A stretch of DNA of 64,000 bases. Source: Candidatus Borrarchaeum weybense. GTDB lineage: Archaea; Asgardarchaeota; Sifarchaeia; Borrarchaeales; Borrarchaeaceae. This document shows, piece by piece, positions 1 to 9,703 of this stretch (position 1 is its first letter; every line of letters starts with the position of its first letter). Position numbers and translations under genes: made by a program. Below the pieces are notes generated by a model. It worked only from the letters and a program-made list of their open reading frames with translations. It had not been told where the DNA came from and ran no database searches. The stretch lies in contig JAHQJS010000007.1 of NCBI GenBank assembly GCA_019057385.1, forward strand, positions 715,685-779,684, written 5' to 3'.

Positions 1-213
1 ATATCTCCATTTTGAATCAACTTGCCTTCGTTCTATAGTTTGAAGTCTTTGCTATTAGTATAGCATCGAATTCATACAGATTTTTCAACGCTAAAAGAAT
101 TGTGGAGAAAAAACTCACAATCTATTTAATAGAAGATGCAGTTAGATAAAGCAGACTACTTATATTTTAATATCGCGCAAGAGAATTGATTTAGTAACTA
201 GGGGATCTTTTCC

Positions 214-636
214 ATGATACAAAGAACGCTGAAAGAAGGTTCACGTCAAATTCAATGCTATATGCCCTGTCCGTGCCTCAAACTTGAATCCGAAGAGCAG
301 TATTGCATCAATGGAACTTCGATTCAAGATGTCAACTATGTAGATTTCGGCTTCATACCTTGCTTTAAAAGTTCAGATAAAGCTTCAGACGCGTCACTTT
401 GTTTAAATATGGTTTATGCAGATAGTGATGGTTTCATCAGATGCGGAACAAGTAAAAAACTCATTAAAGTCAGAAATAGTCACATTTCTATTAAAGACTA
501 TTTAGAAGCGATTGACAATGTAAAAAATCTCTATAATGGAAATCTGGAAACGGAATGTGTGTGTCCAGAATGTCTTTATAAAACCATTATTGGCATATAT
601 TTGAAGCAATTGGGATATAAAGTACAATCTAAATAG
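214..636 (+). CDS. Hypothetical Cys-rich protein
   Basis: 140-aa ORF with SD-like GGGGA upstream; many Cys (CPC, CVCPEC); no family recognised. Confidence 0.6.
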   Translation: MIQRTLKEGSRQIQCYMPCPCLKLESEEQYCINGTSIQDVNYVDFGFIPCFKSSDKASDASLCLNMVYADSDGFIRCGTSKKLIKVRNSHISIKDYLEAIDNVKNLYNGNLETECVCPECLYKTIIGIYLKQLGYKVQSK

Positions 637-742
637 ATATCCTTACCTGTTTTTAAACTATTTACTTCTGTTATCTTATTGGAATAATGTTCCGGATTTT
701 TCATTTTTTCAAGAAATAACCGCTATTTAAGAAGGTGATAAA

Positions 743-1648
743 ATTCAAGAAATTATAATTGACACTGACCCAGGATATGACGATTTTTTAGCTTTAATGC
801 TTGCTATTAAATCAGGAATGTTTAAAATCCATGCAATCACGACTGTTGCAGGAAATACAACTATTGAAAATACGACAAGAAATGCTCGATATATTTTGAG
901 TTTACTGAAGAGAGAAGATATTCCTGTCTATTCAGGTGCCGAAAAACCACTTGTAAGAGAGTTGTTAGAATCTAAAGTACATGGAGAAAGTGGATTAGGA
1001 GATTTGCGTCCTCAGAATGAAGCGAATTTAACATACAATGCAATTGAGAAATTATTATCGCTTATTGAAAAGAGTCCTAATAAATTGAAACTTGTTACCC
1101 TAGGCCCTCTCACTAATATTGCACAAGCAATTAAGCAGGATTCGGAAATAATGTCCCATATGCAGGAAATCGTGATCATGGGTGGGGCAATACGAGTTCC
1201 AGGAAATGCAAATAGAGTTGCTGAATTTAATATCTTTGTAGATCCTGAGGCCGCAGATATTGTGTTCAGATTTCCCGTAAAAAAAACATTAATCCCTCTT
1301 GATGCATGTATGAATGTGAAAATGAGAGTATCTGATTTTGAGAGAATTAAGGATCCATTATTGAGAGAACCCATTGTTTCTATGATGACAGTATGCATTA
1401 AAATGATTTCTGAAAAAGAAGGATTCGATGCAGCACTGATGTATGATCCCTTAACTGTGTATTCACTTATGAATCCATCTGCGTGTAAAAAAATGGATTA
1501 CCATGTCGCAATTGAAACAAAAGGTGAAATAACCAGAGGAATGACGGTTGCAGAGTTAAGAAAAATAAGAGACGAGAAGCCAAACGTTACAGTTGTTGAA
1601 TGGATCTCTGAGAAATCATTTAAAGAAGATTTCATCAAGTTTTCATAG
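743..1648 (+). CDS. Inosine/uridine-preferring nucleoside hydrolase (probable ATT start)
   Basis: N-terminal IIIDTDPGYDD motif lies in frame upstream of the ATG at 797; VAGN, HGESGLG, LGPLTNIA, AEFNIFVDPEAA, YDP motifs; in-frame TAA at 728, SD GGTGA at 734-738. Confidence 0.9.
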   Translation: MQEIIIDTDPGYDDFLALMLAIKSGMFKIHAITTVAGNTTIENTTRNARYILSLLKREDIPVYSGAEKPLVRELLESKVHGESGLGDLRPQNEANLTYNAIEKLLSLIEKSPNKLKLVTLGPLTNIAQAIKQDSEIMSHMQEIVIMGGAIRVPGNANRVAEFNIFVDPEAADIVFRFPVKKTLIPLDACMNVKMRVSDFERIKDPLLREPIVSMMTVCIKMISEKEGFDAALMYDPLTVYSLMNPSACKKMDYHVAIETKGEITRGMTVAELRKIRDEKPNVTVVEWISEKSFKEDFIKFS

Positions 1649-1649
1649 G

Positions 1650-2732
1650 CTACTCCATTTCATATTGTACTGGTTTAAATTTCATGTCATCTTTTTCGAT
1701 TTGAAACGGTTTTGCGCCTATTAGAAATCCCAACACAACAATCACGGCTAAAATCACTGCTATCATTCCAAATACGGTCTGCGTAAAGATCCTCAGCAGT
1801 TCAGATTGCCAATCGATTCCGATTTGATCCAGAGCTCTTGTACTAACTCCAAAAACCGCTGCAAAAGCCGAATAGAATGCTGTCAATTGTGGAGAGATAC
1901 CAATTTTAACCTTTCCAAGATTGATTTGCTTAGCTCTCTTCTGTATTATAACTCCAGGAATCCATATCTTCTTTTTAGGAGAGTAGTATTCAAGTGAAAT
2001 TCTGCCAAGAAGTTCGATATCTCTATAAAACTCAATTTGGATATCATATTTGCCCTCTACGAGCGGCACAACCGCAAATTGATATTCATGCACGCCTTCA
2101 ACAACTCTAATCCTTTTGTTTGAGGGAGAAATGCTGAGAGCAGGGCAGGTTGGACGAATCTCAATTATATCTCCAATCTTAGCAGCAAGCTCAATTTCTT
2201 TTTCTTGTTGCTCTTCGGGGATCAAAAGCTTGATTTTTTCACTAGAAATCAAGACTGATAAGGGATAGATTTTTCCTTGCTGCATTCGAGGATAATATAC
2301 TGCCTTCGCTTTCAAAGGAATAGTCTTTTCGGGAACTAGTTCACTCTCATCATCAAAAATACGTACTTCATCGATCGATAGAAGTTCTGGACCATGTGTT
2401 GGAGCAGCAGGCGCTCCAGGAGCTTCATCCTCAGATTCTTTTATACGCTCTGATCTACGTAATTCCGCACCAGCTAGTGCACGCTTCTCTTTAACTTTTT
2501 TTGAATGGTCTTCAATAACAGGCTGATCTGATTTTATTTTTAAAGATCTCTCATAGCATTCTAATGCCTGTTCAGAATTGCCTAAAACGTTATATGCATC
2601 TCCCATTTTGTTCCATGCTTGATAAAAATTAGGATCAATCTCAAGTGCCTTCTTATACTCTTCTATTGCTTTTTGAAATTGACCTCGTAAGAAATACTTA
2701 TTTCCCATTTTGAAATAATCTTCCGCACTCAT
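1650..2732 (-). CDS. TPR-repeat protein with beta-rich middle domain and C-terminal membrane segments
   Basis: N-terminal TPRs (AIEEYKKALEIDPN, ALECYERSLKI); two hydrophobic C-terminal stretches. Confidence 0.8.
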   Translation of the reverse strand: MSAEDYFKMGNKYFLRGQFQKAIEEYKKALEIDPNFYQAWNKMGDAYNVLGNSEQALECYERSLKIKSDQPVIEDHSKKVKEKRALAGAELRRSERIKESEDEAPGAPAAPTHGPELLSIDEVRIFDDESELVPEKTIPLKAKAVYYPRMQQGKIYPLSVLISSEKIKLLIPEEQQEKEIELAAKIGDIIEIRPTCPALSISPSNKRIRVVEGVHEYQFAVVPLVEGKYDIQIEFYRDIELLGRISLEYYSPKKKIWIPGVIIQKRAKQINLGKVKIGISPQLTAFYSAFAAVFGVSTRALDQIGIDWQSELLRIFTQTVFGMIAVILAVIVVLGFLIGAKPFQIEKDDMKFKPVQYEME

Positions 2733-2886
2733 TATTTGTCAACACTCCAAATCAGTTGTCTATATTCACGGTAAATGTTGTGATAAAACTTGTGACAGTC
2801 TTAATACAAAGAACCATTCATCAGTTAAAAAACTGTCCCAATCTAGCAAGACCTTAACATCACATTACGCGCCGTGACATATTACT

Positions 2887-4650
2887 TTACTCTCGCCATT
2901 TTAGTCTCCTTTGAGTAATTTTTCGTAGTTTTTTAATGTTCGGATAGTAATTTCGGATTTTATTCGCAAGTTCTTCATTAATGACTGCAACCTCTTCAAC
3001 TGATAAGACTCTTTCTTCTTTCTTACATAGGTTTATGAAGTCAATTTCAATTTCTTTTCTTGGCACTGTGTTTTTTCGAGAACGCGACACACTTTCTCTA
3101 ATAAGACGATATTCTCCATTTAAAGTAGGTTGTAACATCTTAAGATTTTGTTTCACTATCTCAACATATTTCTCATCAATGTCTGTAGTAATAAAGTGGC
3201 GTTTAAACATCTTTGATACAATAGCGGTTGTTCCCGCACCACAAAAAGGATCAAAAACAAGATTATCCGGAATTGTTGTTAAGTTGATTATGCGTTCCAT
3301 GAGTTTTATGGGTAATTGACAGGGATGTTGATCTCTATCCTTTTTGTGCTTAATTCTGTGAATATCCCACCAAATATCGGTTAAATCAACCTTATCATCG
3401 TCTCCAGCAGTCTTTCTTTTCTTGATGCAACTTTTACGAAGGCAGTAATAGTGAGCATCTATAGGACCTAGAGAATCGGAATCAGTAGGAGAAGGAGAAT
3501 TAAAGGTAATTGAACCTCCACGCTTTGTATAATAAAGAAGCGCATAATGAGCGGGCATGATTTTTCCTGCGGGTTCTGATAAGGCATCCCACACAATCCA
3601 ATGTCGGAAGATCATATTATCCAACTCATTTAAGAATGCAGCATGATGAATACACCACTTTGGTAAATTTACTATCATCAATGCTCCACCAGGGCGTAAA
3701 ACTTCACACATTAGTTTAAGCCAGTCTTTACACCACTCCAAATATCTCTGATCGGATTGTAAATCAGCATATTCTCCATAATCCTTTTCGAGATTGTAAG
3801 GAGGGTCTGCAAATGCCAGATCAAATATCCCCTTGGGGTATTTGGTTGCAATCGTTTTCATAAACTCAATCGCATCAACAAAAAGTACTTGATCTAAAGG
3901 TAACTTTTTAAGAACACCTTTATTATTTTGAGAAACTTCCATAGCCTTTGCCGTAAAGGGTTTAAGTTGCTGTTCTGTTGGCGCTAGAGATTGCTGTTCG
4001 ATAATATTTATGAAAGATAAAGAAGGTTTTTCCACAAGGTCATATATTCGATTTAACACAAAATCTGGAATTTCGTTTGTTTCTAGAAATGTCTTTGGCA
4101 AATCTCTCCACACATCTGAAACGGCAGCACCTAACGGATTTAATAGATGCTTTTTTCCGCCCCAATCCTTTGTGATCTTTCCGCAGGCATGACATTCTTG
4201 GTAAGGTATTCGTACTGTTTTGGTGTTTAAATGGAATGGGGAAGGAGTCTTGGTTTTTCTACTCTTCAAATACAGAAGTAAGCCTGTATGAGTAGGTGGA
4301 AAGGTTTCTTGTGGAGATCTTGCATCTATATCGAGTGCGATCCAGTATTTAAAAATCATCTTGGATTTTCCGTTCTGCAGTGAATCTAGGAAAACTCCAA
4401 AAAATGGTAGCCATCTCGGTAGACCATATATGAATAATAAACCACCATTTTTAAGAATTTGAAAGCCTTTCTGGATTGTATTCATTGTTTTCTTAAGACG
4501 TTTTCTATATTCATTACCGATATCTTGGTAAGACTTCTCATTTGGGTCGAATTCTGTGCTAATAACTACGGCATCTACTGAATTGTCAGGAATGGCTTCA
4601 TATGAAGCATGTGGTAATCGGATTGTTGTAATATTTCTTGCTATATTCAT
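2887..4650 (-). CDS. Site-specific N4/N6 DNA methyltransferase, beta class, with a degenerate duplicated N-terminal MTase domain
   Basis: DPPY catalytic motif precedes HPCQLP and FDPFCGAGTT SAM motif; N-half aligns to C-half but lacks both motifs. Confidence 0.88.
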   Translation of the reverse strand: MNIARNITTIRLPHASYEAIPDNSVDAVVISTEFDPNEKSYQDIGNEYRKRLKKTMNTIQKGFQILKNGGLLFIYGLPRWLPFFGVFLDSLQNGKSKMIFKYWIALDIDARSPQETFPPTHTGLLLYLKSRKTKTPSPFHLNTKTVRIPYQECHACGKITKDWGGKKHLLNPLGAAVSDVWRDLPKTFLETNEIPDFVLNRIYDLVEKPSLSFINIIEQQSLAPTEQQLKPFTAKAMEVSQNNKGVLKKLPLDQVLFVDAIEFMKTIATKYPKGIFDLAFADPPYNLEKDYGEYADLQSDQRYLEWCKDWLKLMCEVLRPGGALMIVNLPKWCIHHAAFLNELDNMIFRHWIVWDALSEPAGKIMPAHYALLYYTKRGGSITFNSPSPTDSDSLGPIDAHYYCLRKSCIKKRKTAGDDDKVDLTDIWWDIHRIKHKKDRDQHPCQLPIKLMERIINLTTIPDNLVFDPFCGAGTTAIVSKMFKRHFITTDIDEKYVEIVKQNLKMLQPTLNGEYRLIRESVSRSRKNTVPRKEIEIDFINLCKKEERVLSVEEVAVINEELANKIRNYYPNIKKLRKITQRRLKWRE

Positions 4651-4764
4651 TCTTTAAACACTCTTTCAGTGTTCATTAAGAGTCAACCTTTTTACAAGCA
4701 ATAAGTATTCAATAATACAATTATTAATACTAGTGTCATACATAATGTATGGGGGGGAAGATTT

Positions 4765-5058
4765 ATGCCTTTTTATTTCATTCTTGGCAAATATACCAAA
4801 GAAGGGATCACAAAGATCAAGGATGCACCAGATCGGTATGAGAAAGCAAAAAAAGCAGCGCAGGCAGTTGGAGGAGAAATCAAGTCGCTTCACTATACCT
4901 TGGGTAGATATGATTTTATTTCATTAATCGAAGCTCCAAACAATGAAGCAATGATGCAGTTGTTGTTTATGCTTGGACGTGGCGGGGTGATTAGTACAGA
5001 AACATTAGTGGCGATTCCAGCTGAAAAAGGAGCAGAGATTCTTAAAAAGTTTCTATAA
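4765..5058 (+). CDS. GYD-domain protein
   Basis: YTKEG...GG.IKSLHYTLGRYD...TETLVA pattern, 97 aa. Confidence 0.85.
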   Translation: MPFYFILGKYTKEGITKIKDAPDRYEKAKKAAQAVGGEIKSLHYTLGRYDFISLIEAPNNEAMMQLLFMLGRGGVISTETLVAIPAEKGAEILKKFL

Positions 5059-5112
5059 TGCTTTTATGAATAACTGCTATCCTCTTTTCTTTTTTAACTA
5101 AAGGTTTTATCC

Positions 5113-5754
5113 TTATTTTTCTTGAAATTCTCTTTTTAAGAGCGGGTGAATTCCTTCAGTCCAGATGAATTCGCCCATTCGCTTATAACCTTCTATACTT
5201 AAATGAACGCCATCACCTGCATCATATTCAGGTTTAAGCAATCCTTCTTCATTAACTAGAGCGTTAAAAAGATCTATTCGGAAAATTTTATCATTAGGTG
5301 ATATTTCTTTTAGTATTTTTTGATTAAGTTCCTCTTGGACTTTTTGAACCGGCAAATAAACTGAGCCAATCGGAGGCACCGTGCAGGCGATCACATTAGC
5401 CCCACTTTCTTTGGCTGTCATCCACAGTCTTCTCAAATTCTCAAAAATCTGGAGTGGATCTATATTCCAACCAATATCATTGGTCCCACCAAGAATGATG
5501 ATTAGATCATAACTCTTTTTCCCGAGTAGGGTTACCAACCGACTGAACATATATTGAGCAAGTTCTCCTGGAACGCCTTTGTTATCAAATTCTATGTTTT
5601 GCCAGCCTTCTTGATTGGCGGAATCGATTAACCAGTAACTGTATTGGGATTTTTCATTTCCCATCCGATAACTAGGATCGTATCCTGGAAAACCTGCAGT
5701 AAGGCTGTCGCCAAAACCAAGAATATTTATTTTCAATGTTTTATCTAAAGTCAA
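5113..5754 (-). CDS. SGNH/GDSL hydrolase
   Basis: FGDSLT, GVPGE, GGTND, DGVH blocks. Confidence 0.92.
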   Translation of the reverse strand: MTLDKTLKINILGFGDSLTAGFPGYDPSYRMGNEKSQYSYWLIDSANQEGWQNIEFDNKGVPGELAQYMFSRLVTLLGKKSYDLIIILGGTNDIGWNIDPLQIFENLRRLWMTAKESGANVIACTVPPIGSVYLPVQKVQEELNQKILKEISPNDKIFRIDLFNALVNEEGLLKPEYDAGDGVHLSIEGYKRMGEFIWTEGIHPLLKREFQEK

Positions 5755-5973
5755 TGATTTTCAGCTCGCGTAAAGTTAAGTTGATCCTTTGAAAAGTGTT
5801 CATATTATATCAAGAATCTTAGAACTTATGTTCAAACACACCTTAAATCGATGGGGTGTTAATTATTTCACATTTACATGTTAAATCAGATTTATAAAAC
5901 AAGGAATATATACACATGATTGTTAAATAATTTATAATTCAAGTCTTTAAATTATTTCAAGTAAGTGAAGTTC

Positions 5974-7470
5974 ATGGATAAAATTGTCGTTATAGACTTT
6001 GGTGGACAATACACTCACCTAATCGCACGTAGAATCAGGCAATTAGGCGTATATTCCGAAATAAACCCATATAAAGTAGAATTTGATGAAAACGAATATA
6101 AAGGAATTATTCTCTCGGGTGGACCAGGCAGTGTTTATGCATCAAACGCTCCAAAACTTGATGTTAGTAAATTCAAGATTCCTGTGCTTGGGATTTGTTA
6201 TGGTCACCAGCTAATTGCTCACGAACTGGGCGGTAAAGTCGATCCAAGTACAACGAGAGAATATGGAAAAACCGTACTCTCTGTTGAAAATAATAATACT
6301 CTTTTCAAAGACCTTTCTGACAAAGAGATTGTATGGATGAGTCATGGAGATAAAGTAACAGACTTTAATGAAGCTAAGGTCTACGCACATACAGAAAATA
6401 CTCCAATGGCAGCATACAGCTACAAAAATTTCTATGGACTTCAATTTCACCCTGAAGTTCAACATACCTTACATGGAATGCAGATTTTGTCAAACTTCGT
6501 ATTTGAAATCTGCCAATGCAAAAAAGAGTGGTCTATGGGTGATTTCATCGAAAAATCAGTGCAAGAAATTCGAGAAATTGTCAAAGAAGATCATGTTCTC
6601 ATGGGAGTTTCTGGTGGAATCGACTCAACAGTTGCAGCTACACTTGTTAATCACGCTATTGGAGATAAACTGCACTGCATTTTTGTGGATCACGGCCTTC
6701 TAAGAAAAAATGAAGTTGAAGATGCACTTTCTTACTTAAAATTTGAAAACTTAGAACAGATTGAAGCCAGCGAATTGTTTCTGCAACGACTTAAAGGGAT
6801 TAAAGATCCCGAAGAAAAGAGGCACATCATAGCTAGTACCTTCATCGAGGTTTTTGAAAAAGCAGCAAAAGGACTTGAACAAAAATATGGAAACATTCGC
6901 TTTTTAGGACAGGGAACGATCTATTCCGATCGAATTGAAAGTGCAGATCCATCAGAAGAAGCTTCTCGCATTAAATCACATCATAATGTTGTCCTTCCAG
7001 ACATGGAATTTGAATTATTAGAGCCATTAAAAGAACTGTATAAGGATGAAGTTCGTGAAGTTGCACGTCAATTAAACTTGCCTTGGAAGCGCCATCCATT
7101 CCCTGGACCGGGATTAGCTGCAAGAATCATAGGGGAGATAACAAAAGACAAAATACGTATATGTAGAGATGCTAGCTATATTGTAGAAGAAGAGTTGAAG
7201 AATGCAGGAATCTATGATCTATGTTTTATGTGTTTTGCAGTTGTTGGAGATGATCTAGCTACGGGTGTGATGGGCGACGCACGTAATATTGGACATATTG
7301 TCACAGTGAGAGTTATTCAAAGCGATGATATCATGACTGCAGACTGGATGAAATTGCCTTATGAAGTGCTTGAAAAGATCTCAAATCGGATAACTAATGA
7401 AGTCAAAAATGTCACGTGGGTTACCTATGCTATTTCTTCTAAACCTCCAGCATGTATGGAACCTCAATAG
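5974..7470 (+). CDS. guaA: GMP synthase (glutamine-hydrolysing), fused GATase + synthetase
   Basis: DFGGQY, GICYGHQ, QFHPEV, SGGIDS, IKSHHN, RHPFPGPGL, SSKPP motifs. Confidence 0.97.
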   Translation: MDKIVVIDFGGQYTHLIARRIRQLGVYSEINPYKVEFDENEYKGIILSGGPGSVYASNAPKLDVSKFKIPVLGICYGHQLIAHELGGKVDPSTTREYGKTVLSVENNNTLFKDLSDKEIVWMSHGDKVTDFNEAKVYAHTENTPMAAYSYKNFYGLQFHPEVQHTLHGMQILSNFVFEICQCKKEWSMGDFIEKSVQEIREIVKEDHVLMGVSGGIDSTVAATLVNHAIGDKLHCIFVDHGLLRKNEVEDALSYLKFENLEQIEASELFLQRLKGIKDPEEKRHIIASTFIEVFEKAAKGLEQKYGNIRFLGQGTIYSDRIESADPSEEASRIKSHHNVVLPDMEFELLEPLKELYKDEVREVARQLNLPWKRHPFPGPGLAARIIGEITKDKIRICRDASYIVEEELKNAGIYDLCFMCFAVVGDDLATGVMGDARNIGHIVTVRVIQSDDIMTADWMKLPYEVLEKISNRITNEVKNVTWVTYAISSKPPACMEPQ

Positions 7471-7599
7471 ACGCAATTTAATGCCTTCATGGTTTTCTTC
7501 AAAGTTAAATACTCACTTGTAATGCTTTATTTCATTTAATTCATATATCAGTCTGTTTAAAACACACTAGCGAAATTTTCTCTCTTAGGTAGAATCATG

Positions 7600-7633
7600 G
7601 GTATGTAGAGGACTGAGGTATGTAGAGGACTGA
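7600..7633 (+). repeat. Perfect 17-bp tandem duplication GGTATGTAGAGGACTGA x2
   Basis: Units at 7600-7616 and 7617-7633. Confidence 0.9.
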
Positions 7634-7646
7634 GACCTAGCACAGC

Positions 7647-7681
7647 TAAAAACCTCACAACTTTAGCGTGAGGTAGTTTAC
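7647..7681 (+). mobile_element. Degenerate IS200/IS605-type right-end remnant
   Basis: CCTCAC-aactttagc-GTGAGG hairpin followed by TAGTTTAC, same layout as the right ends at 9520, 31182 and 37590. Confidence 0.55.
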
Positions 7682-8349
7682 CTAGAAAAACAACTCTTTG
7701 AACCCAAGACAACGACAAGGCAGTCTAGTTCCTTATTGTTGATGGTAGGGGATACTTTTGCTTTGACATCGGCGATATCACCTGGTCGTGCCCAAAAAAT
7801 CCAATCTGATACTTCCAATGAAACGTTCATCTGTAATGGAGGACTTAATAGAGCATCTTCTGGATCAGAATCAGCAGCCTCTTTTAATTTAGAGTCTTCG
7901 GCGAAAAAACTCTTACAATCTAAGATAACAACAAGGCAGTTTAACTGCTTATTCCCAATGCAGGGAGATACTTTAGCATTTATTTGTGCTATATCGCCTG
8001 GTTTAGCCCATAATACCCAATCAGGCACTTCTATTACTGCATTCATCTCCAATGGAGAATTTAATGTAGTATCTTCAGGAAATGATATATAACCTTTCTT
8101 TATTTTAGTACTGAGTGAATAAGAATCCTTCTCTAACTTGGTTCTGCATTTTGGACATACAGCTATGATTTCTCCAGTATTTTTGTCATATTGACGTCCG
8201 ACACCTGCTGGGCATAGAATATCTATGTTACATATTTTGCAATGATATCCCATGTTTTTTCCTGCAGAATCTCTAGGAGTTGACTCAACAACGCATGAAA
8301 AACAATAATCTTTCAGGTCACATGTTATACCCATGGTTGGCAATTTCAT
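7678..8349 (-). CDS. Zn-ribbon/OB-fold protein resembling the MCM N-terminal domain, with duplicated C-terminal OB segment
   Basis: CKIC...CPKC, then two copies of MN...EVxDWxxWAxPGDIAxxxAKVSP; paralogue of 8631-9197. Confidence 0.6.
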   Translation of the reverse strand: MKLPTMGITCDLKDYCFSCVVESTPRDSAGKNMGYHCKICNIDILCPAGVGRQYDKNTGEIIAVCPKCRTKLEKDSYSLSTKIKKGYISFPEDTTLNSPLEMNAVIEVPDWVLWAKPGDIAQINAKVSPCIGNKQLNCLVVILDCKSFFAEDSKLKEAADSDPEDALLSPPLQMNVSLEVSDWIFWARPGDIADVKAKVSPTINNKELDCLVVVLGSKSCFSR

Positions 8350-8630
8350 CTTTCGCTCGAATACCCCTTTTGATCATTTCCCAAATAATGTAATGAACTC
8401 TTAGTTTAAGAGACTAATGGTTAACTTGAATTTCATGAATTCTAGTGGGCCTACATGACTACTCTAAAGAAATAAAACCTCTCAGAGAGAGTTTTTGTCG
8501 GTTGGAAATGAAATGAAATAATTCATGAGACAAGTTAAATAAGATTTTAACTTATGCGGCGGGAAGTCCCCTGAGTAAACTAGGAAACGCTCAATATCGT
8601 CTAAAAAGTAATGTTACTGAAAGTGTTACT

Positions 8631-9197
8631 TTAGCGAGAGATACAACTCTTAGAATTTAAGACCACTACAAGACAGTTTAATTCTTTGTTACCTATACAT
8701 GGCGATACATTAGCTTTGACTTCTGCTATATCACCTGGTTTAGCCCAAAAAACCCATTCAGGTACGTCCATTGTAGCATTCATGTTTAAAGAACGACCAG
8801 CTATGGCATCCGCTGGAAAAGATTTATATCCTTTTAACATTTTCTTGTTAAGATAATAAGAAAACTTCTCTAATTTTCTTCCGCATTTTATACACACATC
8901 TATGATCTCGCCACTTTTTTCGTCATATTGACGTGCGATACCAGCAGGGCATAGTATCTCCATATTGCACGGTTTGCAACGATAACCTAAATTTCGTCCT
9001 GAAGAGTCTTTAGGGGCTGAATTAACAACGCACGCAAAACAATAGTTTTTCAGGTCACAAGCTACGCCATTCGTTGTAAATCTTGGCGTTTTTGATGTTT
9101 TTAATTCATTTTCTGCAACTTTTCGTGAAATTTGTGTATAGAGCATTAAATTAAAAAGAATGATTACCAATGAAAATGTTATTAGTTTTATCATCAT
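8631..9197 (-). CDS. Zn-ribbon/OB-fold protein resembling the MCM N-terminal domain (true start probably downstream of 9197)
   Basis: CKPC...CIKC, WVFWAKPGDIAEVKANV; clear paralogue of 7678-8349; the predicted start overlaps the mobile-element end. Confidence 0.6.
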   Translation of the reverse strand: MMIKLITFSLVIILFNLMLYTQISRKVAENELKTSKTPRFTTNGVACDLKNYCFACVVNSAPKDSSGRNLGYRCKPCNMEILCPAGIARQYDEKSGEIIDVCIKCGRKLEKFSYYLNKKMLKGYKSFPADAIAGRSLNMNATMDVPEWVFWAKPGDIAEVKANVSPCIGNKELNCLVVVLNSKSCISR

Positions 9198-9520
9198 CGT
9201 AAGAAAACCCCTCAGCTTGTTGGGGTGATAAATGAATTGCGTCTTTTACGTGTTTCACTTTCACCCAGGTCTCTGTAATTGTTAAATAATGTTCGCATAC
9301 ATATGATATGTGTCTACCTGCAGGCACGAGGTCGGCATGTGAGTACCCTTCTGAACCCTGTATGCCATAAAGCCAAGTGGGTCTGGAAGGGGACACAGTA
9401 GGGCAGGAACTGTCCGATTTAAAGCCTGTGTTAAGCCGATACCCGTTAAAGGTATGGTTGGAGACGCCGTAGGTCGTCTATAAAGCAGGAAGCCATTCAA
9501 CTTGTTGGATGGTAGTTCAC
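9192..9520 (+). mobile_element. Non-autonomous IS200/IS605 derivative (PATE/MITE-like) carrying a TnpB omegaRNA-type right end
   Basis: Left hairpin ACCCC..GGGGT followed by ATGAATTGCGT; right end AAGCAGGAAG-CCATTCAA..TTGGATGG-TAGTTCAC; no tnpA/tnpB ORF; left boundary approximate. Confidence 0.75.
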
Positions 9521-9540
9521 CAAATCGCTTCCCTCAACAC
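9398..9540 (+). ncRNA. Putative TnpB omegaRNA (reRNA) scaffold plus flanking guide
   Basis: GTAGGGCAGGAACTGTCCGA..AAGCCTGTG..GGAGAC..AAGCAGGAAGCC..GGTAGTTCAC; guide would start at 9521 (CAAATCGCTTCCCTCAACAC). Confidence 0.6.
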
Positions 9541-9703
9541 CACTATGGTGCTTTTTCCTTAAAATACTTAGATATTTTGACACCATTGAGGGTACACAAT
9601 AACTGATGCCAAAGTACTTTTCTATCATTGGAGTTAATCAAAATTCCTTCCAAAATTATCTATAAACGTTAAAATTTTTTATTTAAATAAAAACAATGTA
9701 AAA

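Noticed and set aside
9151-9500. ORFs 9151-9396 and 9282-9500 as transposase/TnpB remnants
   Set aside because: No RuvC, Zn-finger or HUH motifs; they are chance frames across the structured element.
9521-9540. Targets for the three predicted omegaRNA guides elsewhere in the window
   Set aside because: No matching second site noticed; the paralogous promoter at 42.2 kb has TTAC but a different downstream sequence.
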